The position numbers and the translations under genes were made by a program. Of a stretch of DNA of 64,000 nt, positions 26,101 to 37,923 are shown in pieces; positions within the stretch are counted from its first letter, which is position 1; each line of letters opens with the position of its first letter. Under the pieces are notes generated by a model, which did no database searches, was not told the origin of the DNA, and was given only the letters and a program-made list of their open reading frames with translations. The stretch comes from Octopus vulgaris (lineage: Eukaryota), in assembly GCA_951406725.2 (NCBI GenBank), contig OX597818.1, positions 23,622,001 to 23,686,000 on the forward strand. Reading direction: 5' to 3'.

Positions 26101-27409
26101 CCGTATGTGAATAACATGTATTTAGACATGTAACTTTACAATGTAATTATGTATATGTACATATGTTAGTATGTGTGTGTGTCTGTGTGTATATATATAT
26201 ATATCAAAAGGATATAACACTATCCCACATATACAAAAACAGCCATACGAACAATCCAACATACCTCCATCATCAGCTGCCACACAGATATCATTATGGT
26301 TTCGACACCTGGGCAGTACCATTCAATCCGGTGAGTCAATAGCACTAAAAGTGCTGTTTGGGAACAAACATACCAAAAAAAAACAAAACACAACTTTCAA
26401 ACACATTTACCCTATGTAAAACAGTATTCAATAAAATATAGGCAGGATTAAGCACTAATTTTAAAATTAAACTAGAAGAAACACACAAATCTATGTACAT
26501 CTGTATCGGTATTAATAGTAAACCTACAATAATAAATTTATATATTAAATAACGACCAATCTTTAAGTCCCTACAAATAACAATCCCACCAGTCTTCCAT
26601 AGTTACTACTATAATAACTGAGTGACAACATAGCGATTCCCTCGCGGATTTGCAGAATATTTGTACTATTTTACAGAATAAAATTAATGAATTAATTATA
26701 TAAATTAAATAATTCTTGAAAATTAATTAATATTAATAATATTTTTTGAACAAAATAAATAATTTTTAAAACTTAAATAATAATTTTTTTTTACACAAAC
26801 GCGAACGTATATAATTTCTGAAACTTAATTATTTTTTTTTTTTACACAGACATATATAATTTGTTGAATTTAATGAATTAATTTCTTCACACAAATGTAT
26901 AAATTTTTTGGCACTACCACGGAATTAGCTGTCAGGCTAAATTCTTTCCGTAGAATTTATCAAAAAACGCGCAAAATTATTCCGTAGAATTTATCAAATT
27001 AAAAAACGCAAAATTAATATATTTTTTGAAATTGCAAATTATTTAGAATATAAAAATATAATTTTCAACAGAGAGAATTTATCAAAATATAAAACAAATT
27101 AAGTTTGAAGTTAAGTTTTAAAATAAATGTGATATTTATGCTCTATAGATACTTATAAGGTCTCAAACACATGGATATAGATGTCGAATTTGCTCCAATA
27201 ACTTTCCGAAGATTTCGTCCTTAAATTCATAACGCCACATGAATTCGATGAGATGGGATTGAAGTAAATGACCACCACCACCACCATCGCTAAAACCGCA
27301 CGTAATTCAAAGTTGTTCACTTTGATATCAACACGTGCGAAAAAATTTTCAGTATGGCTTCTGCATATCCAAGTGTATAAGGAATTAATCACCACGATAT
27401 TGCCATCAC

Positions 27410-28466
27410 AACAGAGGAGCTTGTTGAGTGTCGAGCAGTGATCCGGTTTTTGTATTTGAAAGGACACACACCACGGGAGACTTTTGATGAAATGAAAGTA
27501 ACTTATGGTGATGATGCCCCATCATATGACCTTGTAAAATGCTGGCATCATGAATTCAAACATGATCGGACCTCTGTGGAAACAACTCCCAGATCTGGTC
27601 GCCCCCTTCTGCCATTGATGCAGAAGGGGGGCGACCAGATCTGGGAGCTGTTTCAACAGAGTTCCGATCATGTTTGAATTCACGATGCCAGCATTTTACA
27701 AGGTCATATGATGGGGCATCATCACCATAAGTTACTTTCATTTCATCAAAAGTCTCCCGTGGAGATGTGCCAAGAAGATGAGTCAAAATTTTTCAAAAGA
27801 CTGATTACACAGGATGAAACCTGGGTCCATCACTATGATCCAGAGACCATGCCCAGTCAATGCAGTGGAAGCACCGTGACTCACCTCCTCCAAAGAAGGC
27901 AGGGTGCAGCCCTCCGCTGGCAAGGTCATGCTCACAGTCTTCTGGGACCAGGACGGAGTAGTGATGACAGATTTCCTAGCAAAGGGTACCACAATTACAG
28001 GAGCCTATTATGCTTCACTATTGAGGAAATTAAGAGAAGCTATCAAAATCAAGAGGCGGGGCAAAATCAGTAAAGGCATCCTCCTCTGCAGGACAACGCT
28101 CTGGTCCACAACTCGCGTGTTGCCAGATCAGAAGCACAGGCATGTGGCTATGAACTTCTCCCCCATCCCCCCTACTCTCCTGACCTTGCACCCCCTGGTT
28201 TTCACCTCTTCCCAGCCATGAAGTTGTTTTTGAAAGGAAGGCATTTCCCAGATGATGCAGCCTTGATTTCTGAAGTTACGTTGTGGTTGGAAGACCAAGA
28301 TGGGGTCTTCTACAAAAACGGTCTCCAGAGCTGCATCAAACGATGGGAGAAATGTGTAATTCTGGGTGGTTCCTATGTAGAAAAAGACTAATAACTGTGC
28401 CAAGTTTCGTTGCTCTACTGCAATGGGAAGTGGGTCAGGGGCATTACTTATTGAACGCCCCTCGTA
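27410..28466 (+). mobile_element. Mariner transposon relic with an internal fold-back duplication
   Basis: CRAVIRFL..., ITQDETWVHHYDPET, KVMLTVFWD, and in-frame remnants of QDNA and HPP.SPDL. The 3' TIR ends ...TTGAACGCCCCTCG|TA. Confidence 0.9.
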
Positions 28467-28489
28467 CATTTATATTCTTTATTAAAAAT

Positions 28490-29310
28490 AATATCTAATA
28501 TTCTAAAAATACCATCTTCCACACATTTAAGATTTAAGCTTGTATATAGTGTTGAAAAATCAGACACATACATACTCTTAACTTTCTTACATTTGATCAA
28601 TCTTTCAAGAAATTCTTTAGTTGATCTAATACTCCAAAAATAATTCCTGAACTGTTATAAATTTTATCACAATATTTTTTAAAATATGTTCTAACAACTT
28701 TTAAAGAATCATTAGCCAATATAGATAGCTGTGTATTTGTACAGTTACTAGCTCCTACTATGAATCTACATTTAATGGGAACTTTCTGTAGTTTAGGAAT
28801 CAAAAAAAGTATAGGGATATTTTTATCCTTTTCTTCCACTTCTAAACCACTCAATCTTTCTACTGTGGATATAAGTCTATTAACTAACTCATTAACGTTT
28901 TCTGGTATAACTTTGTATGTGTTGTTACCTATAAACTTAAATTATCTATCCACTCCTAACTCTTTACCTACAACCATCATATAATATTTTTTTACAAATT
29001 ATCACAAAATTCCCTGCTGCTTTATCTGCTGGTACTATTACATATTTTTAATGTAATTCATTTATACATTCTTTAACTAGTGGTTTATTCAAAACTGAAT
29101 CTTTCCCTAGCCACTTATCAAATTTCTTTAAATATTTAACTACCATAAAGTTAATTTGCTAACCCAGCTATTGATCCGCTCCAATTTGACCTTATTTTTG
29201 AGACTTAATTTAACTATGAATTCATTAATGGTTTTAAATATAACCTTCTTTTAATTATATTTACTAATTTTACTGTGTTCTCTGTATTTTGTCCCTTTAC
29301 TCATAAACTC
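28490..29310 (-). mobile_element. Penelope-like reverse transcriptase fragment
   Basis: VIVPADKAAGNF..., IPILFLIPKLQKVPIKCRFIVGASNCT..., YNSSG..., DFSTLYT. Confidence 0.75.
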
Positions 29311-29312
29311 AC

Positions 29313-32116
29313 TTAGTTCCTTATTTTTAATATCTTTTCCAGCAGATTATTCAATGAAACCCTCATATTTGGGACATAATTTTGGTAATAATTTGCCAGT
29401 CCTAAAAATGCTTGTATGGTTGCTATATTAATCAGAGGGAGCATATTTTTATTGTGTCTACCCTCGACAGGTCTCGTCGACATCCATTTGTGTCCTAAAT
29501 ATCTTATTTTTGGTAAGAAAAATTCACACTTTCCTTCACTCAATGTAAAGCCGTAATCCCTAATTTTTTTGAATACATATTTTATGTGCTCTACGTGTTG
29601 ACATGTGGATTCACTTTTAATGAGTACTAGCAGTATCGCCCGGCGTTGCTCAGGTTTGTAAGGGAAATAACTATAAAGCATTTTTAGAGAGTTATAGCCA
29701 AAAAATAGAAAAAAAATGGAAAAAAAATGATGGTAAATATTTTTTTGAGAGTAAAAAAAGGTTGAGTTGCGTCCCCTAGACAGTCTGTGGTTTGTTTTTT
29801 TTGATTCTCGACCCCATGTCGAATTTATCGATTTTTTTCAGAACTGGGGGAACTTTTCAAAATTTTCGCTGCGTTAGTTTTGAATTATGACATTGGGCTA
29901 TGTGTGTGTCAAGTTTCATCAGAATCGGTTGAAAGCCGTGGTCAGAGTGAGGGTACAAGCAAACAGACACACAGAAACACGCACAGACAAACTGCCGTTT
30001 ATATATAGAGAGATATCATCCAGAAAAGGAATTGCAAATTCACAGTCCACTAACATTGCATCCATAATCTTTTGAAAATTACTGGTGGGATTGTTAAGCC
30101 AAATGCTAACATGTTGTATTTACACTGTCCTTTATGTGTGTTAATTGTTAACTATTTAGAGAATTCATCGTCTACTCTAATTTAAGTACACTTCAGAGAA
30201 ATCCAATTTAGAAAATATCTTGCCACCGTTTAATTTTGCAAAGATATCCACTGGAGTAGGTAGTGGATAATAGCACATTTTAAGACATTTGTCTAAACCA
30301 GTGGAAAAAATCAGTGCACACACTGATTTTATTATTCTTTTTCTTAATGTTGGTGGTGCCCATTTAGAATATTCCACTTTTTGGATAACTCCAATTTTTT
30401 GTAGTCTCTCTAATCCTACATTTATCTGTTCTAACACTTTGAATGATATCGTTCGTTTTTGGTTAAATGTCAGAATGGCATTTTCTGGTACACAGACCTA
30501 ATTTATCAGACAGCACTTCAGGAAAAATATAAAAAATTTTTTTTTTGCAATTTGTCTGACAACTTATCTCTATTGGAGGGAAAGCCATTTATATTTTTAC
30601 AGAAAAGATTTATGGGGAGGTCCCATAAATTAAAGAATTCAATTCGGTCAGTACAGAACAAGTTTGCTGCATTATTTAACACAAAAACTTTAGCCTTTAA
30701 GGTTTTTTCACAAAATGTAGTGTTACTTATCAATTCACCCTTAAAATATAATTCTTTTCCTTAAACACCATGGACAATTTCCAGGGTTTCATTCTATTTC
30801 GGCCTCTCAATCTGTTTCCATGTATCTATGTTAATTACTGAGATGTCACTACCTGTATCCAACTGTAATTTTACATTTGTGTCATTAACTTTTACATACA
30901 CAAATGTTCTTTGAGGCTCGTTCATATTTTTTGTCACCAATAATCCGTTTACATCAATTTGTTCTGTTGAACCATTTTTTAGGTTCTGTCCGACAATGCA
31001 ACCTTTTATAGCCTATTTTACTATATTTGAAGCATTTTATATTTTTAAACAGACAGTTATTTTCAAGATGTAGACCACCGGTCTTGACATTTTTTGTCTA
31101 TTTTCTTATTCATTACCGGTCGACTTGCTTGAATCTGAGAACAATCTTCCCCTTCAATTTTATTTGCATCATGTTGTAGATTACTAATCCTCTGACATTC
31201 TTCTGCTACTGCCTGTACAGTTAAATTTTGGTCCTATTCTAATTTTGTTAATATCCAGAAACATATATCTGCATTTTTCCATGCAATAAGCCCTTGAACA
31301 AAAATTAAAGACTTGAACATATCCAGGGTCAACTCATTCAATTTGAATTTCTCACACTCTCTGTTAACCACTCCGACATAGGTGATGAAATCTTCATCAT
31401 CTTTTTTGACCAAATTTAAACATTGCCAGTGAGTATTGAACAGGTAACAATATTAATTGTTTCATTGAAACAAATCTTATCTGGCTTCTTTGGCAGAATA
31501 TAATTACTGTATTTTTCATATTTGGCAGGAGATAAATTTCTTAAAAGTAGTCATACTTTTTTCTTGTCAGACCAACTTTTACACTCTTCTTTGAAGATTT
31601 CTTCATATCTACGAAAATATGTAGAGAAGATACCTTCTGGATTGTATTTGAATTCTCCAATTGAATTTGCTTTGCTGTCTGGCAAGTATGAACCTGAAGT
31701 ATTTTCAGACTTTTTCAGTGTTAATTCCAGCAACTGTTGGTTTTGTTGTTGCTAACGAAGTTGCTGCTGTAGTTGCTGTTGCAACTACACCATGCAGGTC
31801 AATAAGTTCTCCATTTTAAAATGATTTTTTCTTTGATTTTGTACCAAAAATTTTAATTGCCCAACACCAGTTTCAAACAACTCATCGCCACTTCTATATC
31901 TTTGTATTTGGATATCTGATATAATAAAGCAGGGGTGAAGAAAGTATATACACAATGCACCACTATTAATATTACATGAAACTCAACACTCTCAATCACA
32001 GCTAACAGCAAACTGCTAACCAATACAAACTGCCAATTGCTCACAGTTCTTTGTTTTATAACAATGAGACAATCCACCTTTAGTCACTTGGGTATGGTCA
32101 AAATTCTTCCACAGCA
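29313..32116 (-). mobile_element. Second copy of the same Ty3/Gypsy family (5' LTR, gag, PR and RT; 3'-truncated)
   Basis: LTR at about 31893-32116, similar to 6821-7040. PBS TGGCGATGAG at 31881-31890. YPLPTPVDIFAKLNGGKIFSKLDFS, FLDDIL, KCEFFLPKIRYLGH and AFLGLANYY are recognisable. Confidence 0.88.
29627..30013 (-). mobile_element. Complete non-autonomous Helitron (387 bp)
   Basis: 5' TCTCTCTATATATAAAC, 3' GC-rich subterminal motif then CTAG. Inserted between A and T with no TSD; removing it restores CTG GAT GAT ATA CTC (LDDIL). Confidence 0.85.
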
Positions 32117-32458
32117 AAAACATAGTCCAGTGTTATGATGAACAAGAAGGGTGTATAAGAAAGAGACAGTTGTATAAAAGAAACATTTATTTCATCAGAA
32201 ATTGAAACAAGACCTTTAACTTTGACTGTCTTGCAGTTAAATATATTTATCTCCTCAGACTGTATTAGAAATGCATCCCCACTCCATTAAATGCAATCAA
32301 ACAATAATAATGATGATGATAATAATAATAATAATAATAAATCACCTTTTATTACATATTATTCAGAAATATTCATTAGTTTTTTGCTTATCTCCTTACT
32401 CTCTAAATCTTATGTCACAGTATCTTACTGACATCTATTTCACATTGAAACATTATAG

Positions 32459-32772
32459 TCAAGAACATCTGCCTTTTGAAATGGGAGTGTAACACACTCA
32501 AGAACGTCTGCCTTTTGAAATGGGAGTGTAACACACTCAAGAACATCTGCCTTTTGAAATGGGAGTGTAACACACTCAAGAACGTCTGCCTTTTGAAATG
32601 GGAGTGTAACACACTCAAGAACATCTGCCTTTTGAAATGGGAGTGTAACACACTCAAGAACATCTGCCTTTTGAAATGGGAGTGTAACACACTCAAGAAC
32701 ATCTGCCTTTTGAAATGGGAGTGTAACACACTCAAGAACGTCTGCCTTTTGAAATGGGAGTGTAACACACTC
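32459..32772. repeat. 39-bp minisatellite, 8 copies
   Basis: Unit TCAAGAAC(A/G)TCTGCCTTTTGAAATGGGAGTGTAACACAC, contiguous with no spacers. Confidence 0.95.
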
Positions 32773-33587
32773 TTGCTTTATTATATTCCTTTGTTTTAAA
32801 ATCAGAAAAAAAAAAATCTAATTCAAACCAAATCAAAACATGGAGCGAAGCATTTCCAATGAGATATATAATAAATAAAAAAACTGAAGTCATTACGTTT
32901 TAAGAAGAAAAACATGTTTAGTACAAAAGTGTGTTAATAAACAAAATACTTGTCTTCACTTTGTCAATATGACATCTTTGATAACTAAATATGACAAAAG
33001 AATATTATAACTTGTGTTCTCACAAATGTGAAAGAAATGTCTCCAATAATTTTATGAAAAGTTACTTCAAAAATGAATTTGACATAAAAAAATTGCAAAT
33101 GTTAAAAGAAATATTATTCTCAGATCTGTAGGTACAACTGAGCCAAAATTTGGTTTGGTACATAATTACTTTTTTTTACTTATTTCAGTCATTTGACTGT
33201 GGCCATGCTGGAGTACCCACTTTAGTCAAGCAAATCAACTCCAGGACTTATTCTTTGTAAGCCTAGGACTTATGCTATCGGTATCTTTTGCCGAACCGCT
33301 AAGTTACAGGGACGTAAACACACCAACATCTTTTGTCAAGCCATGTTGGGGGGACAAACACAGACACACAAACATATACACACATACATATATATATATA
33401 TACATATATACGACAGGCTTCTTTCAGTTTTCGTCTACCAAATCGACTCACAAGGCTTTGGTCGGCCTGAGGCTGTAGTAGAAGACACTTGCCCAAGGTG
33501 CCATGCAGTGGGACTGAACCTGGAACCATGTGGTTGGTAAGCAAGCTACTTACCACACAGCCACTCCTATGCCTATAAAAATTAACG

Positions 33588-33649
33588 TTCCCATGCCGGG
33601 AATCGAACGCGGGCCGCCTGGGTGAAAGCCAGGAATCCTAACCACTAGA
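33588..33649 (-). pseudogene. 5'-truncated tRNA-Glu(TTC) copy
   Basis: TCTAGTGGTTAGGATTCCTGGCTTTCACCCAGGCGGCCCGCGTTCGATTCCCGGCATGGGAA. The 5' acceptor strand is absent, and a T5 tract follows a few nt downstream. Confidence 0.85.
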
Positions 33650-33917
33650 AATTTTAGGATAAAATATATGCAAAAAGAAATAGTAAAAAATGATATTATC
33701 ATAAGCATTAAATATAACAAAATCTTTCCCAACCCAAAATATGAGAAAAAGAAATCAACTTTTGATTCCATATTTAAAAATTCCTTCATAACTCAGCAAA
33801 TGTAAATGGTTGTCATTGTTTGTGTTGATGCTTCTTTGTTTTGAGAGAAGTGAACAATACCCATTTTTCAAAACAGAACTGCTTTAAGTTATGAAATTAC
33901 TTTGTCACTTAATCAAT

Positions 33918-34827
33918 TTATGACCCTAGTGTAGTGTCATCTTGTAACTGTGTATATACATATTCATCAGATGGAATGAGATGAAGTGGCTTATCTGTGT
34001 CGTTCCATTTGTCAGAGATATGGTCATAAATTCTTGGTGGCTGAAGATTACCATTGGCAATTGCAGGTTTTTTATCTAGTTTTAAAGAGTTGTTTAGTGA
34101 GTTATTTTCACCAACTTTACCATCTGTTTGCCTTTGGAATGTGGAATACTGACTTTTTAATTCATTTGGCTCTGTAACAGTTTCATAAATGTCATTAACC
34201 TGACTGTTGTTCCTGTCCTGATCAGAAGTGAGTAAATCATCAACTCTCTCATAAATCGCATCAGGCTCTGATGCACTGTCACTTTCCATCAGAGGAGCTG
34301 ATGGAAGGGCACGGTCAAAATATTCTGGAGACAGAGAAGAACATTGATAACATGGAACTTCTTTATATACTATAGCCTCATTAACCTCTGGAGAACCTGG
34401 CTTTGCTGTTGAATCTTTTGATGCCTGCCGATGAAGGCTACCTGTTTTTCTCAGAGATCCATTCTGCTTTGCTTTCTTTGTTCTGGGACAGGTGGAATTC
34501 ATTCTACCCTGAACCATTTCTTCAACAATTTGATCATAGTTGTCTTTGATAGTCGAAGAGGGTATCTTCTCTAACACTGTCCTTGGACTCCTTAATTTAC
34601 TATAGCGCTCAACAACAGGATCCTGGTTTGACCCTTTAACTTCATCAATACAATTGTAAGTGTTTTCCTCAACTTTTTTCTGAATAATTTCATCATCATC
34701 AGCTTCAACAGTAAAATAAGTATTCTCTTCCTCTGGTGAAGCAGCATCAAAATTCTCAGGAAGGTGAGTACAACCATATAAACCAGTTGCTGAAGATGGT
34801 GGAGCTGCCACAGATTTTTGCTTTGGT
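33918..34827 (-). CDS. Last coding exon: tyrosine-motif-rich cytoplasmic tail of an uncharacterised single-pass receptor-like protein
   Basis: 910 bp of non-repetitive open frame after the acceptor TTTATTTCAG (phase 2), ending ...YVYTQLQDDTTLGS*. Confidence 0.85.
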
Positions 34828-34884
34828 CTGAAATAAATCAAAATTAAGAGAAAGTTAAACATAATGTCAATTAAAATGGTTATT

Positions 34885-34928
<44 letters not shown>

Positions 34929-35305
34929 AACTCACACACACAATAGACATATAAAGATGGATAAATTACGTTAGATGGATTCATGGCTCAGCAGATTAAA
35001 TTGTGAAAATGTACCAATCAGAAAAGTGGTATATCTAGGTTCCCTATCTTTCCCTACGCTGCAGAGTGAAGGAACCTATCAATGGTTTACTGTTGACTGA
35101 TAAATGTAAAGCCCAGTGGTTTTTTTCTTAGCAGCTGTTTTTCTGAGAATATGTCATTTGTAGTTCTACATCCTGATCCAATACCAAATTGCATTATATC
35201 CAATGTAATTCTATTCCGAAATAACTTCAATGATACTCTACACAGCTGTTTTAATTTTAGGAAATCTTATCACTCAATAATGAAACTAACAAAGAAAAAG
35301 CTTGC

Positions 35306-35353
<48 letters not shown>

Positions 35354-35781
35354 TTATTATTGATCATTGGCAGAAGTTACAGAATGGCTCAATGGCAAAG
35401 AGATTCATGCATTGACACTTATTGATAAGCACTAATGCACAAAAAGCAATTCTCGGGTTATTCTGTAACATCTGTCAGTTGTTAATAATGGTTTTCAAAT
35501 TTTTTGTGCAAGGCCAGTAATTTTGGGAGGAAGTCAAGTTTATTACATCGACTCCAGTACTCAACTGGTACTTATTTTATTGACCCTCAAAAGAATGAAA
35601 AGCAAAGTTAATCCCTGATGGCATTTGAACTCAGAATGTTAAGTCAGAAGAAATGCTGCTAAGCATTTTTGCCAGCTCACATCCTCATCAATTGTTAATA
35701 ATAAGGAAAACAAATATATTCATGTTTTGAGCTCTATTTTCCTGTTTGCATATAATGTGTGTGTGTGTGTGTGTGTAATAT

Positions 35782-35830
<49 letters not shown>

Positions 35831-36670
35831 GTCATGGTATATTCTGTTAAAAATGTAGTAGAATACAGTATAAAGTTTGTCCACCTTCAGATTTCACCCA
35901 GTGCTATAGAGTAGTAGTATTATAGGTATTTCCAGGTTTGCATCTGGGCTTCTGTTGTGTATGAATAGATAATTGAAAAAACTGTGTTTTCTACAACATT
36001 TTTCAATTATATATACATATATATATATCTGGCACTCTGTCAGTTATCTCGACACAGGTTCCAGTTGATTCAATCGAAGGAATGGCCTACTCATGAAGTT
36101 AATATGCAAGTGGCACTCCACAGACATGCAAACCCTTAACAAAGTTTTCAGAAAGATTCAGCATGACACTGAATGTGACTGGGCCAGACCTTTGAACTAC
36201 TGGTATTACTCATTTTTCCAGCTGAGTGGACTGAAGCTATGTAAAATAAAGTGTCTCCTTCAAGGACACAACGTGCTGCTGAGAATTGAACTCACAGCCT
36301 TATGATTGTGAGCTAATTGCCCTAATCACTAAGCCACACACCTCCACTAATACACGTGTACACACACGCGTGTACACACATGCGTGTACACACACGCATG
36401 CACACACACACACACACATCATATCTTATTTCCAAGTTAGATTGGGCAGGGCAATTTTCAGATTTCAAGTAATCATATATAGGCACAGACATGGCTGTGT
36501 GGTAAGAAGCTTGCTTCACAACCACATGGTTCAGGGTTCAGTCCCACTGTATGACAACTTGAGCAAGTGTCTTCTGCTATAGCTTCAGGCCAACCAGAGT
36601 CTTGTGAGTGGATTAGGTAGACAGAAACTGAAAGAAGCCCATCGTACATATGTATATATGTATATATCTA

Positions 36671-37605
36671 TCAGGTCATCCTATAAATTCTGTCCAAATT
36701 TTGAATAAAGAAAACAAGTGATCAAATGTTATATTTAATTGAAATTTAATCATCAATGTGCTTTCCCTGATTATCTACGACTTCCTTCCATCTATTTACA
36801 AGCTTTTTAATCCCATCATTGTAAAGCTCTTTTGCTTTCAAAGCGAAGAACTCTGAAATGTCAGTTTCGACCTCCTCCTGGCTTGCAAAAGTTATGTCAC
36901 CCAAATGATTCTGTAAACTACAAAACAAATGGTAGTCTGAAGGAGCAAGGTCGGGAGAATAAGGTGGATGAGGAATTTTTTCCCAACAAGCTCTTCGATC
37001 TTCTGTGATATAATCTTTGCAGTGTGGGATCGCACATTGTCCTGATGAAACATTACTCCTTTTCTATTCACTAAAGCGGGTCTTTTTTTCTTCAAAGCTT
37101 GGTTCAAATGCTCTAATTGCTGACAGTAGACTTGAGCATTGATTGTTGCATTAGGTGGTAGCAATTCAAAGTGAATTACTCCTTTGCAATCCCACCAGAT
37201 AGAGAAAAGAACCTTTTCCCCATAAGTTCCCTTCTCGGTTGTGGTTGAGCTTTTTCCCTTTTACCAAACCACTGTTTACAATGTTTAACATTTCGATAGA
37301 ACATCCATTTTTCGTCACCAGTCACAAGTCCATCCAAAAAGGGTGAAATGAATTCACGAGAATGAAAAGAAGAGCAGATGTCAACTCAGGATTTGTGGTT
37401 GCTTTCAGACAATTCATGAGGCACCCATTTTTCAAGTTTAAGAATCATTCCAAGTTGTTGAAGATGACAATGAACAGTTGCATGGTTTGAACTAAATTTT
37501 ATTGCCAATCCTTCAACTGATAATGCAGGATTTTCTTCAAGTAATGCCTCAAGGAGCTTATCATCAAACTCAACTGGACATTCTGTTCGATTTTCATCTT
37601 CAATC
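36671..37605 (-). mobile_element. Mariner relic, 5'-truncated (same family as 57321-58582)
   Basis: KWVPHEL, VTGDEKW, FHQDNVRSH and P.SPDLAPSD motifs with frameshifts; TIR TA|TCAGGTCATCC. Confidence 0.9.
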
Positions 37606-37838
37606 ATTTCTTCTGACAACTTAGGTAGACTTTTTTTTTTCTGCTACTTCACATAATTGCTCCACTTTGAAGTAGGAACAAAGCAGGCTTAAGAAGAATG
37701 AGGTATAAGTTGAGGCACTATATAAAGGTTCTAAAGATAAGGTTTGGAATTGTACCCAGCTTATCAGAAGTTCAGACAAGCTTCATATCACACTTCATGT
37801 ACCTTATTGAAAAAAAGCAAATGCAAATTGAAACTAAC

Positions 37839-37923
37839 CTTCTCAAAATGACAATAAAACACACAGTTAAAGTGATAAGTGTTAGTCCACCAGCAATTCC
37901 AATTGTTAAGTAATTGACAATTT
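37839..37923 (-). CDS. Transmembrane exon of the same gene
   Basis: T-tract-CAG acceptor, 85 bp, phase 1->2, donor GTTAGT. Encodes (E)IVNYLTIGIAGGLTLITLTVCFIVILR(R). Confidence 0.85.

Noticed and set aside
32459-32772. CRISPR-like repeat array and the 107/117-aa repeat ORFs
   Set aside because: The units are contiguous with no unique spacers, no cas genes are present and the context is eukaryotic. The ORFs arise because 39 is divisible by 3.
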